Assembly (NCBI RefSeq): GCF_964204865.1
Contig: NC_135259.1
Location: 19,840,001-19,904,000 of the forward strand
Length of the DNA: 64,000 bases
Reading direction: 5' to 3'
Source: Styela clava
Taxonomy: Eukaryota
Both the position numbers and the translations under genes were made by a program. Of the stretch, positions 26,401 through 37,933 are shown one piece after another (position 1 is the stretch's first letter; every line of letters starts with the position of its first letter). Below the pieces are notes generated by a model that had not been told where the DNA came from, searched no databases, and was given only the letters and a program-made list of their open reading frames with translations.

Positions 26401-28572
26401 AAGTGTAGTGCGAGACTTGACAAATTCTAAAAAGGGGGAGACCGTTAACTGATATCTCAGGTAAAAATCATCTTTATAATGTACAATTTCTTCAAAAATG
26501 ATTACGTCATCGCAAATTTATCTCCTGTGGCGTTTAATTCAAAAGAATATCTCACTAACTGTCTTGGTAAGGACCCAATAAATGTGAAAAATAATAAGTA
26601 TCAAGATTGCTGATTATTGAAATGTGACAATGATAAATTCAGTATTAGTTTTCGGCGTCATCCAACAAGTGCGCGGTTGATGCTGTTATTCTTTTTGATA
26701 TCTCAGAGTAGAATTTGCATGTCGAACACTGAAAATTTTTCACATAAATTGCATTTAATAACGGGTTCGGATTTTACTGAAATACTTCAATATGTCCTAC
26801 CCACGCTGAATATTCCGTTGTGAATAATTTTGAGCGAACCATTATGGCGTAACAAGCTAAAATTATACATTATTGCGTCAAACGTCACGATGCGGTTAAC
26901 CAGTTAATTTTACCCGGTTAACGGGTTAAAGGGTTTTTCCTGAATTTCCCAGCCCTAATAGCGATACATTTGTTTGAAAATGACTTATTCTGAGTCATCA
27001 ATTGAAACAAGTGGTTAGACATTGTTACTATGTTACCGTTAAAAAGCTTTGCAAGCACAAGAAGACTAGAGGGTCAAATAAGGTTTAAAACATGACTAAT
27101 AGTTTCAGATATTCCTATACGACGCTTATTCAAACCGTCTGCTCCAAACACGGTTGTATAGGCGTAGCGAGGAAGAGGTCATGTCCGGAATTTTTTTTTG
27201 CGGCATTTGCAATAAGACATAAATTCATACGCTTTTTCCAACCGCGATTTTGCTCTATTGTTGCAGAATTTACTGAAAATCGAACGTTTCCTGGCTTAAT
27301 ATTAATAATCCTCTCAAATGAACCAAACGAGATAGATATATGCCTGAGTTAACTTCGACAGCAAAGTAAGTCTGTAGAACGGTTCTTCAAGATATTGTTA
27401 GACAATATCAGTGGCTACAAAAACGTTTCAGTAATAAATCAGGCATGTGTTGGACTTCAAAGATAAAAATTTTCAAACTGTTGTATTCAATATTATGAAC
27501 AAATCGGCTGTTTTTGGGGATCTCTATTAAAAACGAATGTGAATAAAAAATTATTTACCAGCTCAGGGTGGTATATCAAGCAAGCATTGTGGTATTTTCA
27601 CTCCCATATTCAGTCAAAAATCTATTTGAATTGGTAAGCTTTCTTTTCAAACTCAGGTTTACAAAATAATAACTGCAGATTGATTGATCACCGGATTTTA
27701 CCAAATTTGGGATATAGCAGGGTAATTACTAACTTTTCTGACATATAGGCAACTTTTTTTGTAATACTGTTTAAGATGGTAGCAAAAAACACCTGGCAGG
27801 AATTATATTGTTCAGACATAACATTAATTTTCAGTTATCAGGCATAAACCAACCTAGGATAATAAATTCCTCATTTGATTTTTAGTTTTCTATGAAGCCT
27901 ATTTTGTTATCAAATATATTCCCGACTAAAAAAAAGAAAGCCAGCAGTTAACAATTTAGACTAGCCCAGTATATTATTCAACTTTGCTAGTTGCCTCAGC
28001 TAGCAATATTACTAGTAATTTCAGTGACATTAGTGATGTAACAATATGTCAAAAGATTTATCTGGTTATTTTTTATGGCGAAACAACACCACAGATAATG
28101 AAGCGGCGGGCCACATGTGGCCCACGGGCCTGGCTTTGGACCAACCAGTACTAGCTAATGTCTCTCAACTCAGATTTTGAGCCATGTCTCAACATTTTTC
28201 GCTCCTTCGTACCAATATAAACTTTGGATAAACGACGAGAGCTTATGTTACGACTCGAAAGTAATTAATGGTTGATTTCATGGAGGCCTGTTCAAAACGG
28301 ATGCAAATTGAAAATTATTTACTAGCTAATATTTTTCATCTCATCCATAAGTCTTGCTGCACACTAACTCAAATGTATTTATGTAACGTTTCGTCTGAAC
28401 GGGATCAGACTTCTTCAGACAAGCATTTTTCAGAAAATGCATTTTTTAAATTTCAGATTTCATGCCATATCTTAATATTTTTCGTGCCGTCGTTCGATAT
28501 TGACTGTTCATATTACATCAGTGGGAAATTATAGTAACAGTGTATAATTCCTAGTGGAAAAAAAGAGAACAC

Positions 28573-31500
28573 ATGACAATGACGGCGAAAGTGGAAACTA
28601 TCTTGATTGTATTAATACTTGTGGTTTTCTGTCTTAAACAAGGTAATGAGAAGTTTATTTTTTCACCATATACTGAGTATTGAAGTTATTTAATTCACAT
28701 GTACTGGCATTAATTATAAAACTCAATTTCGTTCGTTAACTTTAGAATTAACTGGTGGAAAACCATGATTTGTTCACCGCAATTATCTACAGGTAGAATA
28801 CATATATATTTACATAATTTCTAATAGTTTAAGCGGCGATTTTGTCCTCCAAAAATGAATAACTGCTGTCCTAACGTTATTCCTGAATTTTGCTAAGATT
28901 TTAAGTCGAAATCACAATTATGTGCCGGCGAAAGGTCCATGGGCATTTTCGTTGAACTCTTCCAAATCAAAATAAGCCACTAAAAAGCCATCTTAATTTT
29001 TTTATTCAAATGTTCTCTGAATCCTATGCTATTCGTTATTCACAATTTCCGTTTTATTTACATTAAATATAAACACTTTTTTTGTCACCCTCCTATCAGT
29101 TAAGGTCTTCCCGCACCGGTCCATATATTTGAGCATTGCTCTCTATTTCGATAATTAAATCCGAACCGGAAAGTATTACGCCCTCAGATACCAATATATA
29201 ACTTCTTTCCTCAAGATCAAATATTACACCGCAGTCAAATATAAAAAAAGTGGCGTTTTGTATGACAATATTGATCAAATAAAGGCATTGAGTCGTTTGA
29301 TAAACTATTCTGTGTTTTTTAAGCTGTTAAATACGTGACCCGTGTCATACATATGATAAAGCCAAGAATTTATAACAACAAAAATCAGGATATTATTTCA
29401 CATATATATAAAGTCATATAATCCATAACATTTATGTATAGTTCGATCATGCTCTTTTGTTGCTATTTTGATTTAAATTGCGAATGTCGCTCGAACGTGT
29501 GTGTTCATAGTGACTATTTCAAAAGATACTTGGTTGCAGGAATGTCTGGAACCGTGGAAAGCAAGTGTTATCTTTCTGAGGAAGAGAGAAGACCAGAGGG
29601 CCAAAGTGGCAAATTTCGGATAACCGCTTTTCCCGAAGAATTCCCAAAGACGTGCATCTGGGAACCACAGTTCAATGCCTCGTCAAGCTACTTTTTGCGT
29701 ATATGTGGGCGGCAATTGCGAGACGTGCAATGCCCTACGACTAACTGTACAATAACGCCAGTAGAATCAATACATGACGGTAAGTAAATGTAAACGCCTA
29801 ATCTTGATAAAATTGCGTCGTTTTGAATTTATAGGGTTCCAAAAGTTCTAACAGCTCTACCTGCGAGCCCTACAGTAAATGACCCAAGAAAGAAATTTTT
29901 GAAAATTAACGTCGATGCGACTCGACTCGTCACACGGGTTTCGCTAGTACAGACCAGGGTTTCGCAGGTTCACATTTAAATTGAAGAGTCTACGTCAGGT
30001 GTGTGCAACCTGCGGCACACAGAGAAAATTGTGCGGCCCGTGAAGAAGTGCCAATTTTAAATGGCCTGCGAAATGATTTTTCAATTCAGTTTAATCTAGT
30101 ACGTGCGAGTAATTCTAATCCCTCTGCGTCGAAAAGCCTGTACCCTGAGTCCAATTTATTATCTATGCCTATGACGTTACAATGTCTCAACAGCTAACTT
30201 GTGCGAAGCGAACAACACATGTCATAAAATCAATAATCGAAACTTTTGTGTCTATAACTACTAGGAAGGCCTATCTTAAATACAGGTGCCGCCCGCGATT
30301 TCACCCAGTTATTTGTTTCTGGCCCTACTGTAATAAAGGTTGCACAACTCTGGGCTACGTTATTGTTCTTATTTTCTCAGATATAATCAATATAATATAT
30401 TGAACCTGTCGTTAGTGAATTCGATTCAAAAGAGTCTTCAAATATTGAAACTCTTTCTCCTATTCGCTGGTAGTTCAGGTTCTCCTCTTCCGCAAGTCGA
30501 TTAGTTTGGGTGAGGGCGTATGAAAAAATTTCATTTTATTATTTGAAAACAACATGTACATATTGATCGTTTGGTAAATTGGATTGATGAAAAAAAACGC
30601 ATTGAATTTTTTTTTTTATTGTATCGGTTCCTCCAGACATGGAATCCATCACCCAGTTAGTACGCTGAGCGTCCAAACACAAATTCAAAAACATGTTTTA
30701 GCAATTGATAACTAGGAAAAACTTTTCATACGTACAAATTGCATTGCAAATATATGACTTCAATACACAAAATCATAGGTTTCATCTCGACCCTTGGCGA
30801 ACAGAAAAAAAAACAAGATGGCGGCAGTTCGAAATTTTCGTCGACCGATCTTTTCAGCAAACTTAGTGTTTAGTTGGCAGCCTGGACTTTACCGCTACCG
30901 ATGCGCGACTTTCGTGTCCATATGTTTGAGAATTTCTCACTTGTTGCAGGTTCCGCAGCAGGTTCCAGTGTTGATCCAACTTGTTTTGTTTTAACAACTG
31001 ACGACTGTTATGTGCCGGGCTCCGGAAACCGGAAAATGGTTTCCTCTTTGCCTACGAGTATAAAATTAACTATGAAAATAGATCTTGGCATTGAATCATT
31101 TAAGTACAGTTATTCAAAATGCGACAATGAAGGTAAAACAAAATTAAACTTGTTTTTCATAGCACTAAGATTGAAAAATTTATTTTCAGGTTTCGATAAT
31201 CTAGAACTTTTTCCAAGCCTATCTTGTGATCTCAGTCTTCGTAATTATTATTTATATCTAATGAAGTTTTTCATGAGTCGGTGGGTAACGGCAGCAGTGC
31301 TTTAACTATAATTACCGTTTCTTTCAATCAGATAGTATAACCCTGGATGTCGCTGCTCTAACCAGATCTGTTTACGCGCGGCTTCCATTTCCAAAAGACT
31401 GTACAATTATCTTTTAGTTTCGAATATTGTACATGATTGATTTTCACTGATAGGAAAAAAATAAACTTGGCTGGGAGCTACTTAACGGCCATCTCACTGA

Positions 31501-32500
31501 TTTATATAACAGGGCCAGAACCACCAACTACCCAAGTGCAGTCAACCTATGAGGCGACGAGCATGCCTCAACCGACGAATTATATTCAAAATACTCGTGA
31601 TTCAACAAAAAGTGTACCAAGCACTCCCATCCCCATTTCAGCATCAACTCCGCCGGAAACACACTGGTCCGATACAACTACGTACAATCTTTCTGTGACG
31701 ACTCACACTTCTCAGCAAGGCAGTAATACTTTGATTAGCACGATACTTCCAATTGTAATCGCCGTAGTCGTGGCCGCATTGCTGGGAGGACTTCTGTTTA
31801 TTTGGTGTCGCTACAGGCAAGTACATGATAACACATTATTTTGAATAACTTGATCACAGGTGCTTATGCAGTTTGTTGAGGGAAATAACTTAGACACGTA
31901 GAACCAAGTTTATTCTTCGTCCTGCTCTAGGGAAACCATTCCCGAAGTCAGGTTTGCAAATTGCTTTCTACAGTTGGGTTCGGAGTCGCATTTAAAAGCT
32001 TCCAGGATAGCTATGCCTGCGGAGTTCGGCATTACAAATAATGTGTAATGATCGTCGAAACGCCGACTAACGTTACTGTAAACAAATATTTATTTCCCCG
32101 CAGCGGCATATCCAATAAAATAAATAAATAATTTGAAGGTATTAGTCGTTTTAATAAGACATTAGATTGATTAGAACCTGGTGCAAATGGTTGAGCATTT
32201 GTAGCAGAAATTGATTTCATCAAACTAATGAAAAATAATAAATCGCAAATGGACCAACATGTATGTATTTCTAAATTCTTCAACAATAATCACGATTAAC
32301 AACACGTAATTGAATACTTAATTTTTAGGAAGAAAAAACAAAAATCGTCAGTTGGAAGTGAACAAGCTACTCATAGAACAGGCGATGAAAGACACATGAC
32401 TGAAAATGTGATTTACGAGAGTTCTTCTCCACACACAAATGATAATCAACCTGCAGCAATGATGGTTGATAATATCATTTATGGGCAGACGATCGTGTAA
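28573..32500 (+). CDS. Receptor-1: uncharacterised type I single-pass membrane protein (signal peptide, Cys-rich CUB-like ectodomain, S/T stalk, TM, Tyr-motif tail), 322 aa
   Basis: Exons 28573-28642 (MTMTAKVETILIVLILVVFCLKQ), 29540-29779, 30950-31132, 31513-31816 (S/T-rich + TM ILPIVIAVVVAALLGGLLFIWC), 32329-32500 (ENVIYESS...DNIIYGQTIV*). Total 969 nt, in frame. Intron 4 is GC-AG. Every exon has a counterpart in the paralog at 37.9-41.7 kb. Confidence 0.88.
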
Positions 32501-33911
32501 TACTTAGAAAGACAGGCAATAAAAACTGAAACTTGCCTTTGAGCCAAACACAGTTATTTAGAACAGTGGTTATCAAACGGTTAGGGGACATAAAGCTAGT
32601 TAAAAATAAAACTTGTTAGATTCAATCTTGCCCGCCTTGTTTTGGATATTCACATTTCTTTATTTTGGATATTTACGTTTAGTATATTTAAGTTCCATCC
32701 ACGTATTTTCAACTTGTTTTTCTTATTCGTAATTTCTTATGAAACTCTGTAACAAATTAATCTCTATTTATCTATTAACAGAAAGTATATATGAATTACC
32801 AAAAGTTTCACTGATTTCGCTTTCCTGGGAAATATGAATTATGGCTGTGCCTTCATTTTAGATATCGCTCTTTGTCGCCTCATTGTGGTGCATTATAATT
32901 GTGCAAGTTTATTTCTTGTATGCGCCCTTTCGGGTTTTTGTCGAGTTAAGTGACGAAGTCTATTATTATCCTGTTATATTATTGATTTCCCGCGCAGTTG
33001 ATATTGTATTTTTATTACGCAAACAATTTTGTGGCAAATTTGATTCCATATATATTTTTAGGATTTTGATTGTTCACCGCCTGCATAAAATGAACTTCCT
33101 TTGCGAGACTTATTTGAAAGTCGACCTCGCCTATTTACGCAAACTAGTATGTCCCGTTGACAACATAGTAGTGAGAACTTATATACTTAGAAAGACAGGC
33201 AATAAAAACTAAAGCTTGCCGTTGAGCCAAACATAGTTACTTAGAACAGTGTTTCTCAAACGGTTAGGGGACGTAAAGCTAATTAAAAATAAAAGTTTTG
33301 TTGGATTCGATCTTGCCCGCCTTGTTTTGGATATTTCCATTTTTTTTATTTTGAATTTTTACGTTTCATTTTCAACGTGTTTTTCAAATAAAACATACTT
33401 TAAGTATAGCATATACCCTAAGTTTAGTATATTTAAGTTCCATCAACTTGTTTTTTTTATTCGTAATTTCTTATGAAACTCTGTAACAAATTAATCTCTA
33501 TTTATCTATTAACAGGAAGTATATATGAATTACCAAAAGTTTCACTGATTTCGCTTTCCTGGGAAATGTGAATAATGGCTGTGCCTTAATTTTAGTTATC
33601 GCTCTTTGTCGCCTCATTGTGGTGCATTATAATTGTGCAAGTTTATCTCTTGTATGCGCCCTTTCGAATTTTTGTCGAGTTAAGTGACGAGGTCTATTAT
33701 TATCCTGTTATATTATTGATTTCCCGTGCAGTTGATATTGTATTTTAATCACGCAAACAATTTTGTGGCAAATTTGATTCCATATAATTGTTTAGGATTT
33801 TTGGCGTTCACCGCTTGCATAAAGTGAACTTCCTTTGCGAGACCTATTTGAAAGTCGACTCTGCCTATTACGAAACTAGTATGTCCCGTTGATGACATAG
33901 TAGTGAGAACT
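32501..33911 (+). repeat. Tandem duplication (about 680 and 730 bp) starting immediately after the Receptor-1 stop codon
   Basis: Copy 1 is 32501-33179 and copy 2 is 33184-33911; both start TACTTAGAAAGACAGGCAATAAAAACT and end ACATAGTAGTGAGAACT, and are highly similar throughout. Confidence 0.92.
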
Positions 33912-34500
33912 CGTCGCCGTAATTTTGCATTAGATGAAAGGCAATAAGTCAGTAAGTAGTTTATTTTATCAAAAATCGAAAGTACACAGCAGCGTCACCC
34001 GTGAGGGAGTGATTCTAACAAATCATACTGAGAAAGCAATTATAGCGTTCTATGCACTTTTTTTGAACCGTATGCTAGTTCTACGGGTCGATGTATTTGG
34101 CAAATGATGCAGTGGTTTAAATACATATCAATATCTTTAAATAATATCGTTGCATTATTAGATATTTAATTTTAGAAATTAAGCTTAAATAATTAATCCG
34201 TATTTGTGATACAAATGATTGTGATTTGTACCAAAGTACCAAAGTTTCAGGAATCTTAAGACGCTTCACATAAAATTTATGTTCTCTCTACAGTTTGTTC
34301 CAAATGACCCGGTTTTTGGGTACTCCCGAAGTATGTGAACCAGTCTTAACTCTAAGCAAATTATGAGTGCAAAAGTGCTTCGCAGTCCAAAAAAAGTGCG
34401 AAAGAGCTTTTGCCGATTTTAACAAGTTAGGTGCCCCAGCTTTTGTTTTAACTCATTTAAAACAGCATAAATCCTCGAAAAAGCGCTCCCTCCGTTAACC

Positions 34501-34690
34501 AAGATGGCGGACACCGGAACGTAGTATGTGTACCAGGTTAGGGTTAGGCCATAATTTTAAGTACAAATACTACGGGAGTCACTTCGCTAGTCTCCGAACT
34601 CGTAATAGAACTAAAATTGGAAAAACACATACTACGTTCCGTTGTCCGCCATCTTGGTACGCATACTTCAGGACCAGGAGTACCCCAAAT
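34501..34690. mobile_element. Dispersed MITE-like family J containing GGTTAGGGTTAGG
   Basis: Shared motifs GTATGTGTACC, TACTACGGGAGT and CCGAACTCGTAATAGAAC; related copies at ~39525-39735, 50420-50540, 56526-56740, 59111-59253 and 63124-63342. Confidence 0.7.
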
Positions 34691-36482
34691 TGTTTTACCT
34701 GAGCCGTGGACAACAACACGACTAGGGGTCGAAATTTAGTAGTTGTTGTTCGTTGAATTAACTAAAAATGCTGCATTTGACGCATGCCAATATTTCTGTT
34801 TTATCATCGTACCAGACATGAATTGTCTTGACCAAGTTTCCGCTACAATTTCCCGACGGGTAACTATAACAATATAGATACCAATCATGGGAATTTTTAC
34901 CAGTTTAATTACCTATTCCTAGGAACTCTTTGCAATATTCACAACACGACTTTGCTATATAACTCCAAGCTATTGAATAAGAAATACATTAGCGTAATGT
35001 CAAAAACTACCATATTGATTCATAACGCATCATATCCCTTCTGTGTCCCGAGCGAAAGCAGGAATCCGTCTTTTACCACAGTGTCGCATTGTTTGGAATA
35101 AAAAAGATTAAATCGGGCTGTACAGCGACAGAACCTCATAGATAGATGGACGCCATAATTTTTGTTTCGCATCGATAGATGGAGATTTGATCATGTGTAC
35201 TGGTTTATCGAGGAAAGCATGAATTGGTGCCACTTTGATATGCGATATTACACAAACGCTGAGATCGAATACCAAAGTAGCACCAATAAATTAATTCTTG
35301 TGTGATGTCACATTGTTTCGAATACTAGAAATCGGTGCTCTTATTACGTACTGTAGTTTGCGTCTAATAAACGGATACTTGCTCCTATATTAATTTTCGC
35401 GGTAATATTTTTGACTTGATGATTAAACGAGTACTTGAAAAATTGGTCAGATGTATTAGTTCAGTATCCGCTGCTATTACACGATTTCCATGCACCTGCC
35501 AGAAATTATAGGAAGACTCGCTTTACAACTATAGCATCTCATGGATAGTTTTTGAACCAGGGGCCAAATATTTTGCCCACCTAGTCTGTCTGGCTATGTA
35601 AGGGTGACGTAAACAGTTACATTTTATGAGCAATATTTACAGTGTTACAGAGTAAAGATTGAAAACAATATGCCTCGTGCAAAAACTGAATTTAACCGCA
35701 ATTTCAACAGATTTCATGGGTTATTTTTAGCTGAAACATTGAAATTTAGTTTCAGTTTGGTTGCGGCAGCATCAGGCGGGCTAGATTGAATTACCCAACG
35801 GGTCGGATTTGGCCCGCGGGCGTACTTTGCCCATGTTTGTAGTTGGACACTCTCATTTAAAACGTTATTTTCTTTTTGTTTGTATTGATAAATTGGACGA
35901 ATAGATGTGAATTTGGTCAGGCGCACTGGTTTAGTATCATTATGCTCTCTATAATACGATATATATGCACTTGCCAGAAATCATAGGAATTGATAGAATA
36001 CAGTGTATCAATATTATAACACTCGCTTTTTATAATACCATTTTACACACTACCATTTTGAAAGAATTGTTTGAAAGAGCAGATCGAAATTTGATTGGGT
36101 GCACTGGTTAGCAAAACATTTGGCAATGTGTAACTGTAGACATAGCTTATTTAGAGTCATCCATTAACGCGAGCGGTTAGATATCGTTAATATGTTAGCC
36201 TGTGTGCGTTATATCCGCTTATGAAAGATTTGTAAGCGCAGATAGTTCAGGAAGAGTAACAAAACGTCAAATAGGGTTTGAAGCAGGAATTCTGTAGCTG
36301 GAGTGCACAAACCCCCCAGGGAATTAATTTTGAATAAAAATACTTGATTTTTTATTCAATTATTGATTTAAATTACGAACCGTAATTTGTAAGAACATCC
36401 GTCTAACCATGTGTGATTGTTAGCCTATCAGTGATAGATGATGCATGCCTGATAAAATTCGTGATTTTCAATTTTCCGTGTG

Positions 36483-36699
36483 CAGAGGCGTATGTAGGGT
36501 GTGGCAGGCATGGCCAGGGGCGCCGTTTGGACGGGGGCGCAAAAACAGATAAAAGTTTCAATTGTAGAATGTTTCGATGAAATAAATTCAAATTGTAAAT
36601 AATTTAAAATTCGTATTTTTAGTTAAACAATGCCACACAAGTATCTAAAATTGATGCTCGATGATCAAGGGCGCGCAATTTTACGTAGATACGCCACTG
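36483..36699. mobile_element. MITE family C
   Basis: Homologous to 6488-6753; TSD TCCGTGTG/CCCGTGTG (7/8 match); short derivative at 58401-58452. Confidence 0.85.
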
Positions 36700-37675
36700 C
36701 CCGTGTGATTGTTTAATCATCTTTTCATTGCAATATCACACTATGCTTTTATGAAACACTGGTATGCGTTTTATTGTATAATTTGGGCCCAAGCTCAATA
36801 TTGGTTTCAGTTTCAAAAATAAAAAGGAATCCACGTTAACATTAAGCACCCCCTTGGCGTAAGGGCCTTACACGTAGAAAATTGTAGCAATTATCCGCTA
36901 TAAAACAACGAAACAAACTAAACCACACATCCACCTTCAGTAAGTAAGCTACCGGTACGCTACGATAATATACTAATTAATAATGTTCGTGTAATATGCT
37001 GGCTGGCTGAACGCCAAAGTGGGGATTTTGGGTGACCGGTCGGGTCGCCGGGAGAAGACGTTGAAAAGTGGGACAGTCCCGCCTAAAACCGGGCATATGT
37101 TAAGCCTAGATATAAGAGGCCATTGATCTTAAACAATATGTAAAAAGATACCAATATTCGGAAGGACCGGAATTTTACCGATTCGGCGTTGCCCCCCGCA
37201 CCCAATTTATTTCAGCCTATGAGTGTCATGTCACGCGCCAGGGTGATTGCTTTAAATATACAATGGGTGTGTAAGGATTGAATGCCTAACTACGGAATGA
37301 ACCACTGTTTAATATTTTCTTGGATTTAAATTTTTAAGCATAACAGATTCGTTTTGTTGGAACTTCACACTCCTCGAACAACACTGTAGTCGGAGTTCTA
37401 CTTTAACAGAAATTGATCCAGGCTTGTTATAATTGTTTCCAAACGTGATTTTGCCTTCTAAGAGACGGGAACTGAATTTGGAGTCCAAATATTTAACAAC
37501 TCAAAATCGTGTCATGTGTCAGAATTCAAAGATAGAAATATTTGAACTGCAGTGAGTGCTGTTGTCCAGTACGTATGAAAGATGGCAGCTTTCAAAGAGC
37601 AGCATTCAAAGTGAACTCGAATCAAAAATTATTTATAATTCCCAATTTTATGAGTTTGAAGAGCGAAATCTCATG

Positions 37676-37852
37676 CAGGGTGGGCCAGGAGTAACAGTTA
37701 TGTAACTATTAAATAATAAATTAATTTAACAGTAATGTTAATCTACTTCTAACCCACCCTGGTATATTACAATACGGAATAAATGTTACGATAGGAAGCA
37801 ATTTTTTTATTAGATTTTATATATAAGATAGAACTACTTCTGGTCCACCCTG
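37676..37852. mobile_element. Tc1/mariner-like MITE (CAGGGTGG...CCACCCTG-TA) just upstream of Receptor-2
   Basis: Termini CAGGGTGGGCCAGGAGTA / TACTTCTGGTCCACCCTG followed by TA. Confidence 0.6.
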
Positions 37853-37933
37853 TAAAATCGCAGTGTGTACTTATATAGGTAGTTCTATCTTATATATAAA
37901 ATCTAGTTGAAAAATTATGAACGCATCACTGTG

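Noticed and set aside
26885-26957. NF-kB/Rel-like sites (GGGTTTTTCC, GAATTTCCC) in the spacer
   Set aside because: They lie in what looks like a hAT MITE end (..CCAGCCCTA) and were not found in the other two spacer copies.
32329-32500. Canonical ITIM/ITAM in the receptor tails
   Set aside because: VIYESS and IIYGQT lack the hydrophobic residue at Y+3, so they are reported only as NxxY-type motifs.
36803-36814. ISRE-like GGTTTCAGTTTC upstream of Receptor-2
   Set aside because: It is a variant of sequence internal to transposon family D, so most likely incidental.
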